Source of the DNA: Takakia lepidozioides
Lineage: Eukaryota; Plantae; Bryophyta
Assembly (NCBI GenBank): GCA_030704615.1
Contig: CM060732.1
Location: 65,782,001-65,846,000 of the forward strand
Direction of reading: 5' to 3'
DNA: 64,000 nucleotides
A model generated the notes under the pieces. That model did not search any database. It had not been told where the DNA came from and saw nothing but the letters and a program-made list of their open reading frames with translations. The stretch's first letter is position 1. The number at the start of each line of letters is the position of its first letter. Shown piece after piece: positions 13,085 through 26,473 of this stretch. Both the position numbers and the translations under genes were made by a program.

Positions 13085-13700
13085 CCGTTTTTCAATCTCT
13101 GCCTGCCCAGCTACACCATTCCACTTTTCTGACCCCAGTCAATGGTGGGACAATGGGGACAAAAGATGAATGCATGTTGGACTACAGAGAGAAGGATGCA
13201 ATTCGGAATTGGAACTAGTGATGAGTCGGGTTGGGGTGTTTACTGGAACAATTCTAGGCTGTCATTGTCAGTTGCTAGCAGCAAGGCAAGGATGTATGCA
13301 TGATTTTGTGCTGAGGCATGGATAGCTGAAGGAGCAGGGATAGAGTGTGGGTCCAGATTCATCCAAGAGGGCCGGATTTCAAGCTCCACATTACCTATGA
13401 TTCCCTATGGAAGGATAACTACAATAAACCTGCATGGGTAAATGGTCAATTGGAAGCCGCAACAGGAACGGCACAATTGATAAAATAAGGCACTACTAAT
13501 CAAGCTTCAACACATTTCACCCTGTTTTTCCCTCTTATCAGAATCGGCCCTAAATTTTCATGTTGAATTCTGCAAGTTAGCTGGTAGAACAAGGCACTGC
13601 TAATGAAGGCACGAAGATGCTGAGGAGGGTTTCAGAATTTATGAGCAAATGAGACAGGAGGTGATGCCTGGCATGGTGACATTTACTTGCATTGTCAATC
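13085..13700 (+). pseudogene. Further PDF-motif/PPR gene remnant
   Basis: FSDPSQWWDN (13123-13153), an IHPRGPDFK exon (from 13357) and a PPR trace (YEQMRQEVMPGMVTFTCI). Confidence 0.7.
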
Positions 13701-15889
13701 GGCTGGTACAAGGTATATTATAGAGCTGCCTATTGGAGACATAATTGGGTAGAAGTTTGGTACAGACCTTTTGACAGTTATAGAGAATAATGAAAGAATG
13801 GAATCACAACTTTGGAGAAGGGAGTCTATTGATTGAATTACATGAGTAGGATCGGTGGTAGGAACTACCTTGGAGAGCTTTTATAGTAGCGATTAAACAG
13901 AAAATATTACACGTTTCGTTGTCTATCGTGCTTTCCCTGTGAATGAATTTGTAGAACTAATTAATCTTGTTATAGTTGTATATTATAATGTATGAAAGTT
14001 CATCTGCATCATTGTCAGATGAGCAAGAGTGTCGTGGCCAATATAGCATAGTGTAGGAGCGCTAGAAGCGTTCGTGTTAGAAGCTTTAGATTGTTAGATT
14101 GAAGTTGGTAGATATAAAGATCCGGTACTTGAGATGAGACAAAGTGCCAAAGACCTAACACTGGATACTAGATAGGCTTTGAGATTATGGAAAGGTTGTG
14201 TTAATTTAATGCTGAAGTGGTTGCTGGAAATTACCAGTTTAAGAGAATTTAAGATTGAATGAAATTGATTATGTCTGGAAAAGAAAATAACTGTGATTTG
14301 ATGAATGAAAAGATTGTAATTGAATGAGTGTTGTTTTCTTTGATGATAGTGTGTTCTTTGAGGTCTTAATTGAGCGTGAAATATAGATCATGACATAGCT
14401 TAGGGTAGACAAGCCTATGACCGTCATTAATTGTGTTTGCATGTGGCAACCCAGGAATTTTAGGGGGAAATAGAGGTGCATGACGACATTGTGAAAGCTA
14501 TGAGTATTAATTACGAAGTTTGGGCTATTTGCGGCTCCTCTCTCTTTCATGATCTTTCTTATTTCCTCTAGCCCTTGAAGCTCGTTGAGCTTTATGCACA
14601 CATTGTAATAAGGTTTTGTTTCGTTACCCCTCTTTGAACAGTATTGTGTTTGTGTTCGTTGTGTGCAAGTGTAGTGTAGTTTTGTATGCTAGTAACTTTC
14701 TTTTATATTAGTATTTGAATATCCCAAACCCTAATTTGTTGTAATCTCATAGTGATGTGGAGCAAATACAGACATTCACATGATTATATCAAGACACATG
14801 CATGACTAGGCCTCAACTACATTTAGTAGGCGGTAGCACTCTAGCAGTTGTGCGAGTGACTCTAAATACATCTTCAATTAAAAAATGAACCTTTGATATG
14901 ATGCCATGTGGTCAAATCTCAAATTTTTTGTTGGGATAATGATTGCAAGACCTCCCCAAGTTGTGCCACTTGTCAATCCTTGAGAAGTCCATGTGCTTGT
15001 GCAGGTGGAGTATTCCACATGGTGCACATCGAGCACTCTTCCTAGAGTTATGAGAAAGAGACACGTGTACAAATTGTAGCCATCGACAAAGTCATATACT
15101 ATAGACAAACATATGACTGCAATATGATAGTGGGTGATATGACTTGGTTTATATGACGGTATGTTCTCAACTGACCATCTGTTCTAAGGGGGGTGCTATT
15201 GGCATCTTTGGATTTCCCTCATGATCCTTTATTGGGGAGGTATTTTTCCTGAATTTGATATTTTCTCTTATTTCCTACATATTCTGGGTGGCAAAAATTC
15301 CCTAAGCAAAATTAGGACGTCTGTTTGAACTTGTTGAATTGTTAGAACTTTAAGTACTTAGGTGATTAAGGAGTGAAATTGGTGCATGGGCATGATAATG
15401 GACCCTTCTTCCTAAGGCTAAAGTGAGCTGAAAGGGGGTAAAACACTTAGCCCCTCCAAATGGGTGGCTTGAATTCAAGCACTCGAATGAAGGAGGGGCA
15501 ATGGGAGTGGGACATGGTTCCCTCCTCCCTAAATCTGGGAAATGCTTTGTGAAGGGGTAAAGGAATACCCCGATTTATAACGTCTCGGGGATTTAGGCAG
15601 TATGAAGTAGCAATAAACTAGACTTGGAAGGTAGTTACATTTTAAAATCTAAAAACCGTAAACAAACCATAGGACTAGAAAACGCAAATTGCCCTGTATA
15701 GGGGAGCATTTGAGATTCTCTTTACCGGTAGGATATTAGAATTGATAGTTTAGACCTCCATACCTGCGGCGAACCCTGCACTAACCGCAGTTGGGTAGGC
15801 GATTCATTGAGCCCATCCTACACCGCAACTTACCACGACCCCACTAGGCTAGTATGTCGTCGCCCTGGCCGCGCGCGCCTAGGGCTCGT

Positions 15890-17270
15890 CAACATGCCAG
15901 GTAAGTGATGGGACTAGCTGAATGCCTAAGTATGTGTAAGGCTCATCGGGTCCCAAAAATGGGAAGGGGTTGTTTAGGTAATGGATATAGAGTTTACAAT
16001 GGGAAGCAATTGCGGATTTATTAATTTGTTGTGTGGGTTGTTGCGGTAACGGCGCACTTGTGGAGCTGAGTTCCATGCCTGACCATAGGTTAAAGCGGGA
16101 TAGCTTGCTGACTTGCCGGTTGAGGTGGTGGGGTTTGTGAGGTAGGATAGCTAGGTCGTCAGCGTATGCAGCAGCGGAGATTTCGCTAGGGGAGGTTTTA
16201 TAGTGATAGCCTAGCTTTCCGCGTGCTAACCATCTTAGTAGAGGTTCTAAAAAGATAATAAATAGGTAGGCACTAAGGGTGTTATCCTGGATAGTACCAC
16301 GTAAAATAGGAATAGCGGGGGTAGTGCCATAGTATGAGCCGGAGTATTCCGTAGTGCTGTTGGTATAGATGTTGTCAATGAGTTGGATGGCATCAATGGG
16401 ATAACCAAGGTCTGTCATGATTGCAAGTAGTCTGGCATGATCTAAGGATCCGAAGGTATTTTTAAAGTCTATATACAGGAGGTAGATATCTTGTTTAGTG
16501 AGCTTGGCATCTTCGAGGGCTGAGAGGACGTATTGTATTTGATGGGTTGTGCTACGCGTGGCTCGGAAGCCCGCTTGGGGGTCGCTCAGAATATAGTGCT
16601 GTTCTCCATAATTGGATAGCAGCGTGGTCAGTGTGTTGATAAACAATTTATAGATAGTGTTGGCTAGGGCTATGGGTCTGTAGTTACCGAGGTTAGTAGG
16701 GTCGCCTTTCTTAAATAGCAGGATGGTGCGATTATGTTTCCAAGTAGGTGGGATACGCTGGAGTTGGTAACATAGTTTGAAAAATTTGAAGAAGAGGGTA
16801 TGAAGATGGGGGTCAAACGCTTGTAATATAGCGTTAGGGATCATATCTGGTCCAGGGGCTTTTGATTTGGATAGACCTTTAAGGCAAGAGTCATAAAGAT
16901 CTAGCGTGAATAGGTCATGTATGCGGTCCGTGGGTATCCCTTATCTAAAGAGAATCCGTCGAGGTCATGCCATGGGTAATGCTTGACTTTACATAAATAG
17001 TTGGGGTGGTGGTGATCAGGGTGTAGGCAGTTCGTGATAGTGGGCGTATAGGAAGCGGATGCTTGTATCCATATTTTTTTGTTGATATCAGTTGGGCTTG
17101 TCAAGAAATGGCCCAGCCGATGTTTAAGGCAGTTAATTGGTGGGTTGATCATAGGGTTAAAGATGGCTTTGTGTGCTCTTTTTGGATGGTCATGTAGGAG
17201 CTGGCCAAATGAGGTAATATTTTTTTTTGTGATTATCGCTGGCTTTTTGTTCGGTTATAAGATATGCGGT
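15890..17270 (-). mobile_element. LINE reverse-transcriptase fragment (possibly Dualen/RandI-like)
   Basis: KAPGPDMIP, NYRPIALANTIYK, QAGFR, YIDFKNTFGS, RGTIQDNTLS, FLEPLLRWL, AYADDL and YTYLGI. Truncated at both ends. Confidence 0.85.
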
Positions 17271-17430
17271 TTTTTTTTTGACCCTTCCTAGCTTGGCGAG
17301 GGCAGCAACCCAATTCGGGATGTATGGCGAACCACCATGAAGGCCCTCGACTCCCGGTGATGAGTCGCGGTGAGTCTTGGCCCACCCACCACGGCCCCAT
17401 TGTCCCGTTTGAAGTCGTGTAAAGATATAT

Positions 17431-19414
17431 TGAAATCAATATACCCATCCAACACTGGTATATTAGGTAACATAGCCATGGCGGTAGCATTCGAGGTGAC
17501 AATTAGGTACTTTTAGGGAATCTCACCCATCTAGCAAAATCTAGTAGATTTTTTTTTCTATACAAAATAAGGGAGGGATTTTTTTGGAACATATCTCTAG
17601 TGCCCTATGACCTTTATGTGCTAGGTCTTTTCTCTTTTTGTTGTGTTGTTAGGGAGCCTTCAGTTGTAAGAAATCTCCAATCACAGTTGAAAAAAATGTG
17701 ACATATCTATCATTCCTAAAATGCCATATAACCCAAAGAAAACCTCTTCAAATCCTGCACATATTTTTGAATCTCAAGCCTCCTTGCTCTTGCATTGGGA
17801 TTTAAAGCCAAAATATTATTGAATATCTCATCAATTTTCTCTTTTACCATAAATTGTTTCTTTTTTTTTGTATTGGAAAACATCAAAATTTTAGAAATAA
17901 TTAAATTGTATATTTATTTAAATAATCATCCACACCCGGAAACTATCCATACCCTCAGGGTACATTTTGGCATGTATATCCTTACCCGGGGGTTATATAG
18001 AAATCTGAAAATTTACCCAGACCCGGAGGGTAAATAAATTTTTGAGATTTAAATTTATCCATACCCAATGGGTAAGTGGTTTGACAAAAATAATTTACTT
18101 ATACCCTAAGGGTTTATTGAAGTCAATATACCCGCCCAACACTGGTATATAAGGTAACATAGCCACGACGGTAGCATTCGAGGCGACATTTAGCGTGGAT
18201 GTACTTTTAAGGAATCTCACCCATCTAGCAAAATCTAGTAGTTTTTTTCCTATATAGAATAATGGAGGGATTTTTTTGGGACATAACATTAGTGCCCTAT
18301 GACCTTTATGTGCTAGGTTTCTCTCTTTTTGTTGTGTTGTTAGGGAGCCTTCAGCTATAAGAAAACTCCAATCATAGCTGAAAAAAATGTTACATATCTA
18401 TCATTCCTAAAATGCTATATAACCCAAAGAAAACCTCTTCAGATCCTGCAAATATTTTTTGAATCTCAACCCTCCTTGCTCTTGCATTGGGAATTAAAGC
18501 CAAAATATTATGTAATATCTCATCAATTGTTTTTTTAACCATAGATTGTTTCTTTTGTTTTGTATTTGGAAACATCACAATTTTAAAAACCATTACATTG
18601 TATATTTATTTAAATAATTATCCATACCCGGAAACTATCCATACCCTTAGGGTACATTTTGGCATATATATCCTTACATGGGGGTTATATAGAAATCTGG
18701 AAAGTTAATTTATCCATACCTGGAGGGTGAAATAAAATTTTGAGATTTCAATTTATCCATATCCAAAGGATAAATGGTTCGACAAAAATAATTTGCTTAT
18801 ACCCTAAGGGTATATATATTGAAATCAATATACCCCACCAACATTAGTATATAAGGTAATGTAGCCACGGCGGTAGCATTCGACGGCGGTAGCATAGCGA
18901 TGGTGGTAGCATTCGAGGTGACATTTAGCGTGGAGAGGGAATCTAGCAAAATCTAGTAATGTTTTTTCTATACAAAATAAGGGAGGGATTCTTTTGGGAC
19001 ATAACACTAGTACCCTATGACCTTTATATGCAAGGTCTTCTCTCTTTTTGTTGTGTTGTTAGGGAGTCTTCAGCTGTAAGAAAGCTCCAATCACAGCTGA
19101 AAAAAATGTTACATATCTATCATTCCTAAAATGCCATATAACCCAAAGAAAACCTCTTCAGATCCTTCAAATATTTTTTTGAATCTCAACCCTCCTTGCT
19201 CTTGCATTGGGAATTAAAGCCAAAATATTATGCAATATCTCATCATTTTTTATTTTTTATTTATTTTTTACCATAGATTGTTTTTTTTTGTTTTGTATTT
19301 GGAAACATCACAATTTTAGAAACGATTAAATTGTATATTTATTTAAATAATTATCCATACCCGGAAACTATCTATACCCTTAGGGTACATTTTGTCATAT
19401 ATATCCTTACCCGG
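17431..19414. repeat. Tandem triplication, unit ~690-700 bp, AT-rich, non-coding
   Basis: The unit start TGAA(A/G)TCAATATACCC recurs at ~17431, ~18118 and ~18820. Shared blocks include catatctatcattcctaaaatg and cttgctcttgcattggga. Confidence 0.92.
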
Positions 19415-20685
19415 ACTGGATATGGCAAACCAAATAAATCCACCTAGCTTAGATAATAAGATCTACAACTCACGTGAAAATGTACCAAGTTTTATGGACT
19501 CCACTTGACACAAGTTATTTTTTTATTATTTTTATTATTTTTTAAGAGAAACACCTGGGAGCACATATATATATATATATATATATGCAATCTAGGTAGT
19601 TGTATTTCTTGATGAATCCAATCACGTATGTGCAGGACAAACATTTGTGATGACCTTTATGCAATATTTAAGCTACCCCAACCTTAGGGCCCAAACACAA
19701 CCCACCTTCAGACTCCATCCACAGCAAACCATAGAATACTGCTAGTTTGTAACTTTGCGTTATAATCTATTGAACACTATGCAGCTTTCTGCACGGAGTT
19801 GTCACATACATACACATTGATCTCGTTTTCGTATTTATTGAGCACTCCTCCTCGTCTACTGAAATTTTACTATAAATATTTTCTAACCATATTCAACCAT
19901 ATTAATGTCCCAATACTTACGTTTCTATTCATTTAAAGATGGTTTAGGTTCCAATTTACATTTTTTTTATCCTAAACACCAGAATACAATCACGACAATG
20001 GGAACCTGCAAAAACCACCAATGGTTGCTTGCAGCAGTAGCATACACGTAAAGTAAAAGCACACGAGAGACAATGGGAGGCTACAGGGGGAGTGAAACAC
20101 GCAACAACAATCGAAAACACGCAGGGAAAGTCGAGGAACACAGACACAAAGCGCGATGGTGCTCCCGCGGGGCGGCTGGAGCTCACTGGGCCACATGCTC
20201 CATCCCTAATCCCTAAATCGTAAGGCAGATCGGGTTGAATCGGACAGGCAACGAATCATGGTGTGCTTCAAAAACACTCTATTTTTTTTTCCCACATTTC
20301 CATGGAGCTCATTAAAAGTCATTCAAATATTTCTAAACCCCCAAAACTGGCTTGGTACGCGTTGTTTATGTTTTCTTCTTATTATCAATGGTTGCCTCTC
20401 ACCTTCGCATAACTCAAGGCGTTTCGTGTTAGAGTTGTGTGGGGATATAACTGAGAGAGAGAGCAGTAGGAGAGCTCTTCATTTCTTGGCGGCGGCATGT
20501 CATGCTAGAGTCAATCCATATCATGCTAACAATCCTGATATGTGGGACTATTGTGAGGATACTGGCAATGCTCGACATGAGCTTGACTTCTATGACTTAC
20601 CTTAAGGTGGGAAGAGTGGCCTCTTACTCTCATGTTTGGAGATGATATGTGGAATTCGGAAGCCACTGAATTGCTGGAGGTAACC

Positions 20686-21300
20686 TTCACTGGTCTTGTT
20701 CCTGAACCAAACCATTCTTAGCCTGATACTTCAGCTGGACCAGTTGATTATTCAATTTGTTTTGGCCTTTGAATGTCATGTGACCGTGGGTGGTGATCAT
20801 GACTAACAATATGTATGCGAGGACCCTCAACAATAGGGGCACATTTAAGGGAGGTTATAAGTGGTGGTATGATCCCCTAACTGTAAAGGAGCTGCGGGGC
20901 TGGGTTGGGGGTGCACATACTAATGGGAATAAAGAAATTGCCTACTACTAGGTTGTACTAGAAGGCTAGTGATGAATTCTTCAAGTGTCCTATCATAATG
21001 AAGATTATGAGTAGGAATAGGGGGGAGTCAATTCTTCGCTGCATGCACCTTGTGGACAACCGGCTTATCTGCTATGACAGTGCAAGTGGCTGTTAGATTC
21101 ACAGAATAAGCTATATGCCAAGTACATGACCCCCGAGCAAAATCTTACGGCATAGAGGGGCTTGTCGTCTTGTGCCCATCTCTCCTGTTGTGAAGCATTA
21201 CCAAGAGATGATGAGGGGAGTGGACATGCATGATCAACTAAGGGGGTACTATTCAGTTCAAACCCGTGACCATAAGTGGTGGCATAGGCTGCATTTTCAT
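20686..21300 (+). pseudogene. piggyBac-like (DDE_Tnp_1_7/PGBD-type) transposase relic
   Basis: Manual translation gives WYDPLTVKELRGWVG/HILMGIKKLPTTRLY*...FFKCPIIMKIMSRNRGESILRCMHLVDN, then TPEQNLTA, then PVVKHYQEMMRGVDMHDQLRGYYSVQTRDHKWWHRL. Most of the catalytic core is deleted. Confidence 0.8.
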
Positions 21301-24058
21301 TTGCATGTTACATGCTACTCCCAAACCGAACACATACATACCTTTTGGAAGTGGAAATCAGGTCTGCCTGGCATTGAGCTAGCGAAGGTGGAGTCTCTCA
21401 TGATTCAAGAATTCATTATCTTATCCGAACATACAGGTATTGCATCCCATTCAATCTTATATACATCTAAGTTTGACATGTGTACTCAATTTTTAATCTG
21501 GGACTTGTCATACAAGTGCGATTGTTTTCAGATCGATAGGTGGATGTCATCATTTTTTGAATAGTCAAACAATTCTGTCTTGCAAATCTATTGCATACAT
21601 TACAATAATATCTCCTTGAGCGATATTCCGTGCACAGAATACTTGTACACTTCTTCAGTCAATGGTGTCTAGGTAGTAGAACTTTTTGAACATGCTGTTG
21701 TCATGTTTATTGCAGTTGGGAGATCATCTCCGGGCACAAAGGAATCCAACACTTTCCGGTACCACGACCAAAAGGAGGCCTAGACATTGTTGTCAAACCC
21801 AAAAAAGGAGCACAATTTCATTCTTTCCAAAGGTTAGGAAGATTGTTGCAAAAACGTTGTAGTTGCACTAGCCAACTCTAGGATCACATTTAGATCACTT
21901 TTAGACGAGATTACTTGAAAGCTTAGATAATCATCAATAAATAAAGCTAAAAAACCCTTCCCCATTGTATGCTTTTGTACACAGATTGACCCTTCTCCAC
22001 CAAGCCAAGACCTCTCTCTTGAACCCATGCGTCTATTTAACAGTGTAATCTATCCCACTACTAAGGAACTGTTTGGCAACATTCATCCACAAACTTCCAA
22101 GTGGGCAATATTAACCTTACTTTCAGTGTTTTCTTTTCATTTTTCCAATATACCAAAGCAGGCTTGGGCCACATGTGAATTTTACCCAGTGCCCATGTGG
22201 CCACAATAACGAGGTGACATGGTTAGAAAAGTGGTTATATATCAGGTGGCATGTTTTAACTGGGCCACGACGGTATAATTAGGCTCCTGATATTCAACTA
22301 CTGCGCTCTTTGGTGATATTTTTGGATTTTACCCCCCATAATTCCTTTGTACAAGTAGCCGACCCATTTTCTAGGTCAAAAAATTTTCGCCAGGAAAAAA
22401 AACATTGCTTACCTTATATTGCACTAGCCATAATTGTTGTCTTTTTCGGCTAGTATAGCCACGCCACATGCAATTGCCATCTACCCAAGGCAGCTACTCG
22501 GCTAATTTTATTTGTTGTTCATGTTGGCTACTACACGCTTATTATTTCTTCACCTAAGGTACTTCAAAAAAATTATAACTGACTCGTAAAGAACCTCGTT
22601 TTTTTTTAATGTGTAGTTTTAGTATGCTTATATGATTGTGGAAAAGTACATTATATCTGGCTCACTGCGTTACACCCAAATATAACATATAATGCACTCC
22701 CCCATAATTTTTTGTTTCTTTGCATGGGGTAAAGCCTCAGCACTGAGGGCGAGACCAAGGACTGAGGAGTAGATAGTGGCTGAGGCTAAAGCTTTACCCT
22801 ATACATAACACATCCAAATCAAACAATAGAGGTATCAATAGAAATTTGCACGAAAAAAGTGAAGCGTCAAAGACGTGCCCATTGCATGATGTATAGGTAG
22901 TGTGGACACATGATGTAGAGGCTCTTCATGAGAGCAAAACCTGCTCCTTGGATTTTGAGGCAGGTTGCCCAATAGCAAGCAAGGGGTGGAGGGTGGCCAA
23001 AATCTCCATACTACAAACCTAAGCTGCTCTAGCATCTCTTTAAGTTTGGACATGTTTGATTCTTAAACATCTATGGGATGATTGTCATCAGAATAGTTAA
23101 ACGGCGGTGGAAAGAGGAAGATGCCAAGTGCTTGTGCTAGCTATCCATTGTATTGATAAGTTTATGGGCAATGTGGGCAGGCTACCACTTAATTTAGCTT
23201 AAGGATATGTTGAAACATGCATCCCCATAGAGAAGGTTTTTTTTTTTAATGTCTTGAGGCATATGCTAGTATATTATTCAGTGCTTCATTGTTCAGCATT
23301 TTGGAATTGAGAAGATCATTTGCATCTATCATATTTTTTGAATGCTGCAATTTTTGTTACATGTGTGTGCATGTGGTGTTGTTGTCTTTCATATGGGTAG
23401 GTGAAATTCACTGAATATACGCGTGTGGTTGTATGGTCACACAAATATTTGAGTAGACTAGGCTGTAGGCAAGGCAAACAGGAAATGTCATGATGCTTTG
23501 GTTGAATATACAAGCATCATATATGTATTCAAATAGTACCTATACATTTCATATCCCCACAAATTAAATCAATTTCTAATATACTTAGGACAATATTATT
23601 TGAAATTGCATGATAGCAACATGTGGTCGAGTCCCTACTCAACCAATGTTGTCATCCTACAAGTGTTACGTGGCAAGTAGACGTTGGTGTATTTAGTCAT
23701 CTAAATGACCACGTTCTGGTAATTTGTTTCACGTTTAAAAAATTGTAAATGGTAATATTTCGGTTTAAACCAATTTTGTAGTGTAGGTTCAGAGCAAGGG
23801 TTCAAGTAATGATTACGGTCTGGTTGTTTAAATCGCTACATAGCAGTCCACGTAAAGCCGCCATGTCACTGTCATTTTTTTAGTGATTGTCCCAAATAAC
23901 CAGAGTCCTAAATCACCATTGTCCGAAAATATTCTCCACCCTAACTCCCATACCCAGTCCAAAAAATTAGACGCATATATACATGCATAACATATGCCAT
24001 ATGATGACATTTTTGGCATTGTAATGCTACGGCATGCAATACGATGGCACATAAATAC

Positions 24059-24790
24059 TAGAGTTGTGCGGTTAGTTGCTTTTTTAATATCAGCTGGTTA
24101 TGGATGTTTAACTTTGTGCTCACATCCTCCAGTTTCGGGTTTTTGGAGCTTTTCCGTGTTATATCCTACCAGTTGGCAAAAAATATGGAATTTAACCCTA
24201 TGCAATTATGGACAAATGGAGTTTATGTCAGGATGGCCTCCGGTGATTCACTATCCGGTTGTCAAACAAATCCAAGTTTATTTTAATAAAATAAAATAAC
24301 TCAAACTTCGAAATCTAAATGTATTAAAAATACTAATGAAAAACTAGTTACAACTATTAGGGTAGAACATAGAAGAGTGCTCTTAGGAGATTTGCTATTG
24401 TCGCTAATGCAGAAAATGCAAGTGTCCATTCAAATATCAAAAAATGGGATCATAAAATACGAAGTTGTAAACATGCATGCTCCTTCAGAACGCGATAAGT
24501 AGAAATGAAATGAAGAGATGGCCAGCTCATGACTATGAACTGCCTCGTTTATGTCGAGTGAACTCAACAATTGGCTATTATCCGGATTATAACCTCCCGG
24601 TTTTAAATGTCGGATATATGGGTTTTGATTTGAACCGAAACTAATGGTTGAAAAGAAGCAGGTTATGAAAAAAAAAACCCATAAAAAAAACCCACTGGAT
24701 CTCAACAAGACCGGTTATCCCATCTCTTCATATCTGGCAGTTTTTAACGAAGGTGGATATTTGATTTTTTGACCTCCGGCAGATCCACGT
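24059..24790 (+). mobile_element. Truncated copy of the non-autonomous hAT family seen at 55806
   Basis: Colinear similarity to 55806-56650 (e.g. cacatcctcc, aaccctatgca, tttatgtcaggatggcct, ctattatccggattataacctcc). Right TIR absent; no SINE insertion. Confidence 0.8.
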
Positions 24791-26473
24791 ACTACTATGT
24801 ACCCCAAATCATTTGGGGAGTTTGGGAAGGTCAGAAAACCGGACACTTTGGAAAGAGCCAATCGCGTGGGACCATGGGAGGCTTGCAGAGGAGGGACGTG
24901 ACATGACTCGACAGACAGGACGTAGACACCTGTATGCCTAGGCTAGCACAGAAGTAGGAGGTGGGCCCTCCTTCTACTTCTAGAGAATTCCAGAAGCGGG
25001 AGGAGTCGTTGGGACGAGGCGGTGGGATCCGCAGGGGGTTTGAGGCTGAAAGTGCAACACTCATAGATACATGCACCTTAGGTATGGCATTCCCTATGTG
25101 AGGGATAATAAGCATAACTCATATCAACTCATATCCCGCACAGTGCCAGAAGTTATGGCACAATGATAGGCACATAGGCAAAATGACTTATTGAGTGCAA
25201 GTGGGCCATTCAATGGCCTCAGCAAACGTCCGGGCCCGTTTCAAGAATATTTCCTCAGAATATCCGAATATTCAACTCTCAGACGTCTGTCCGACCCCGT
25301 TTCTAACGGTGATGTGTGCGAAGTCTTGAATGCGATGTGGGCGGTGCGATGGTGAGGGCACGGACAAGCCCAACAAGGCAAGGCATGCAGAGAGGCGGGT
25401 GTCACATGCTCTGCCAAGCCTGTCCCTCCACACTATGGAGGTCGCCATCACGCTTAGGTTTTGTGCAATGACGTGGTCGGCACAGATTTACCCTGTTTAC
25501 ATTCCAATGAAGTGTGAAGCTTTGAGCTCACATGATAAATTAGCGCCGACCTCTACTGAGGCTCCTGGCCAGGGCTGCAAGCAGCGCCGATTTGAGAGAA
25601 TATTGAGTTTACTCCAGATTACTGAAGACAGTCGGTGACACCAGAGTGCCAAACGGAACGTGAAGATGCAGGAAGGGCAAAAAATTGCTCCTCCATCTGT
25701 TGCGCCGACCACAGCGCAGCCTCCTGGACCTCCGAACACCATCAATGCTATGGAGTATTATCCTTGCTCTTGCCCTTCTGTTGCATGTTGTGTTATGTAT
25801 ATGTAAAGCCTTCTGGGCCCCTTCAGTTGCTAGCTCGAGGGTACTCACCCACTGCATTTGGAAATGCTCGAGGGCGCACTCGACCAAAGTAGGGATCGGC
25901 GCAGAAAAGCGTTTTGTGCCAAAGTAGAATGTTATGATACGTCACAAAGAAGAATAAGAGTGGATGGTGAATGATCAAAACAGAATTGTGCTGGAGCAAT
26001 TAATGATAAAAAAAAAACCTATGCTTGTGATTTGCGCTCAAACAGTGTGGTGTTTATGATTATAACAGAGATAATGTAAGATGAGATTTGTGCTGTGGTA
26101 AACGAAATTGTGCCTCAGGACATTTGTTGACTGGACCGTTTTCACAGTACAGTCATGGTGGTTTGCCCTGGGCACTGTTAATCTGCCTAGAAATTATCTT
26201 CGTGGCTTTGCGATCTGCACAGATATTACAGTAGCATCGGCACCATCTAACCTGGCCAACATTGACCTCTGGCGCTGGAACTCCATCTAAGTTATTCCCA
26301 GGCAGAACTCTTATATACCAGGGTCGACATAAAATCAACCCTGTTTTTCATCTGACATTTTATGCCTAGTTGTTTCCTTGATATGGTCTTCCTGGACAAA
26401 TCCTAGAGACATCTAGACAGGGGGAGGACAATATCAAGACATGTGATGATAGGTTTGATGGGGAAGAGGGGAT

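Noticed and set aside
13700-15850. Possible retroelement debris and a GC-rich structured patch near 15760-15890
   Set aside because: No motif I could assign and no ribozyme consensus seen.
22726-22800. Imperfect hairpin GGGTAAAGCCTCAGC…GCTGAGGCTAAAGCTTTACCC
   Set aside because: Real but isolated; no TSD, family or miRNA evidence.
25330-25927. Cluster of overlapping 80-100 aa ORFs
   Set aside because: No recognisable domain or splice-consistent model.
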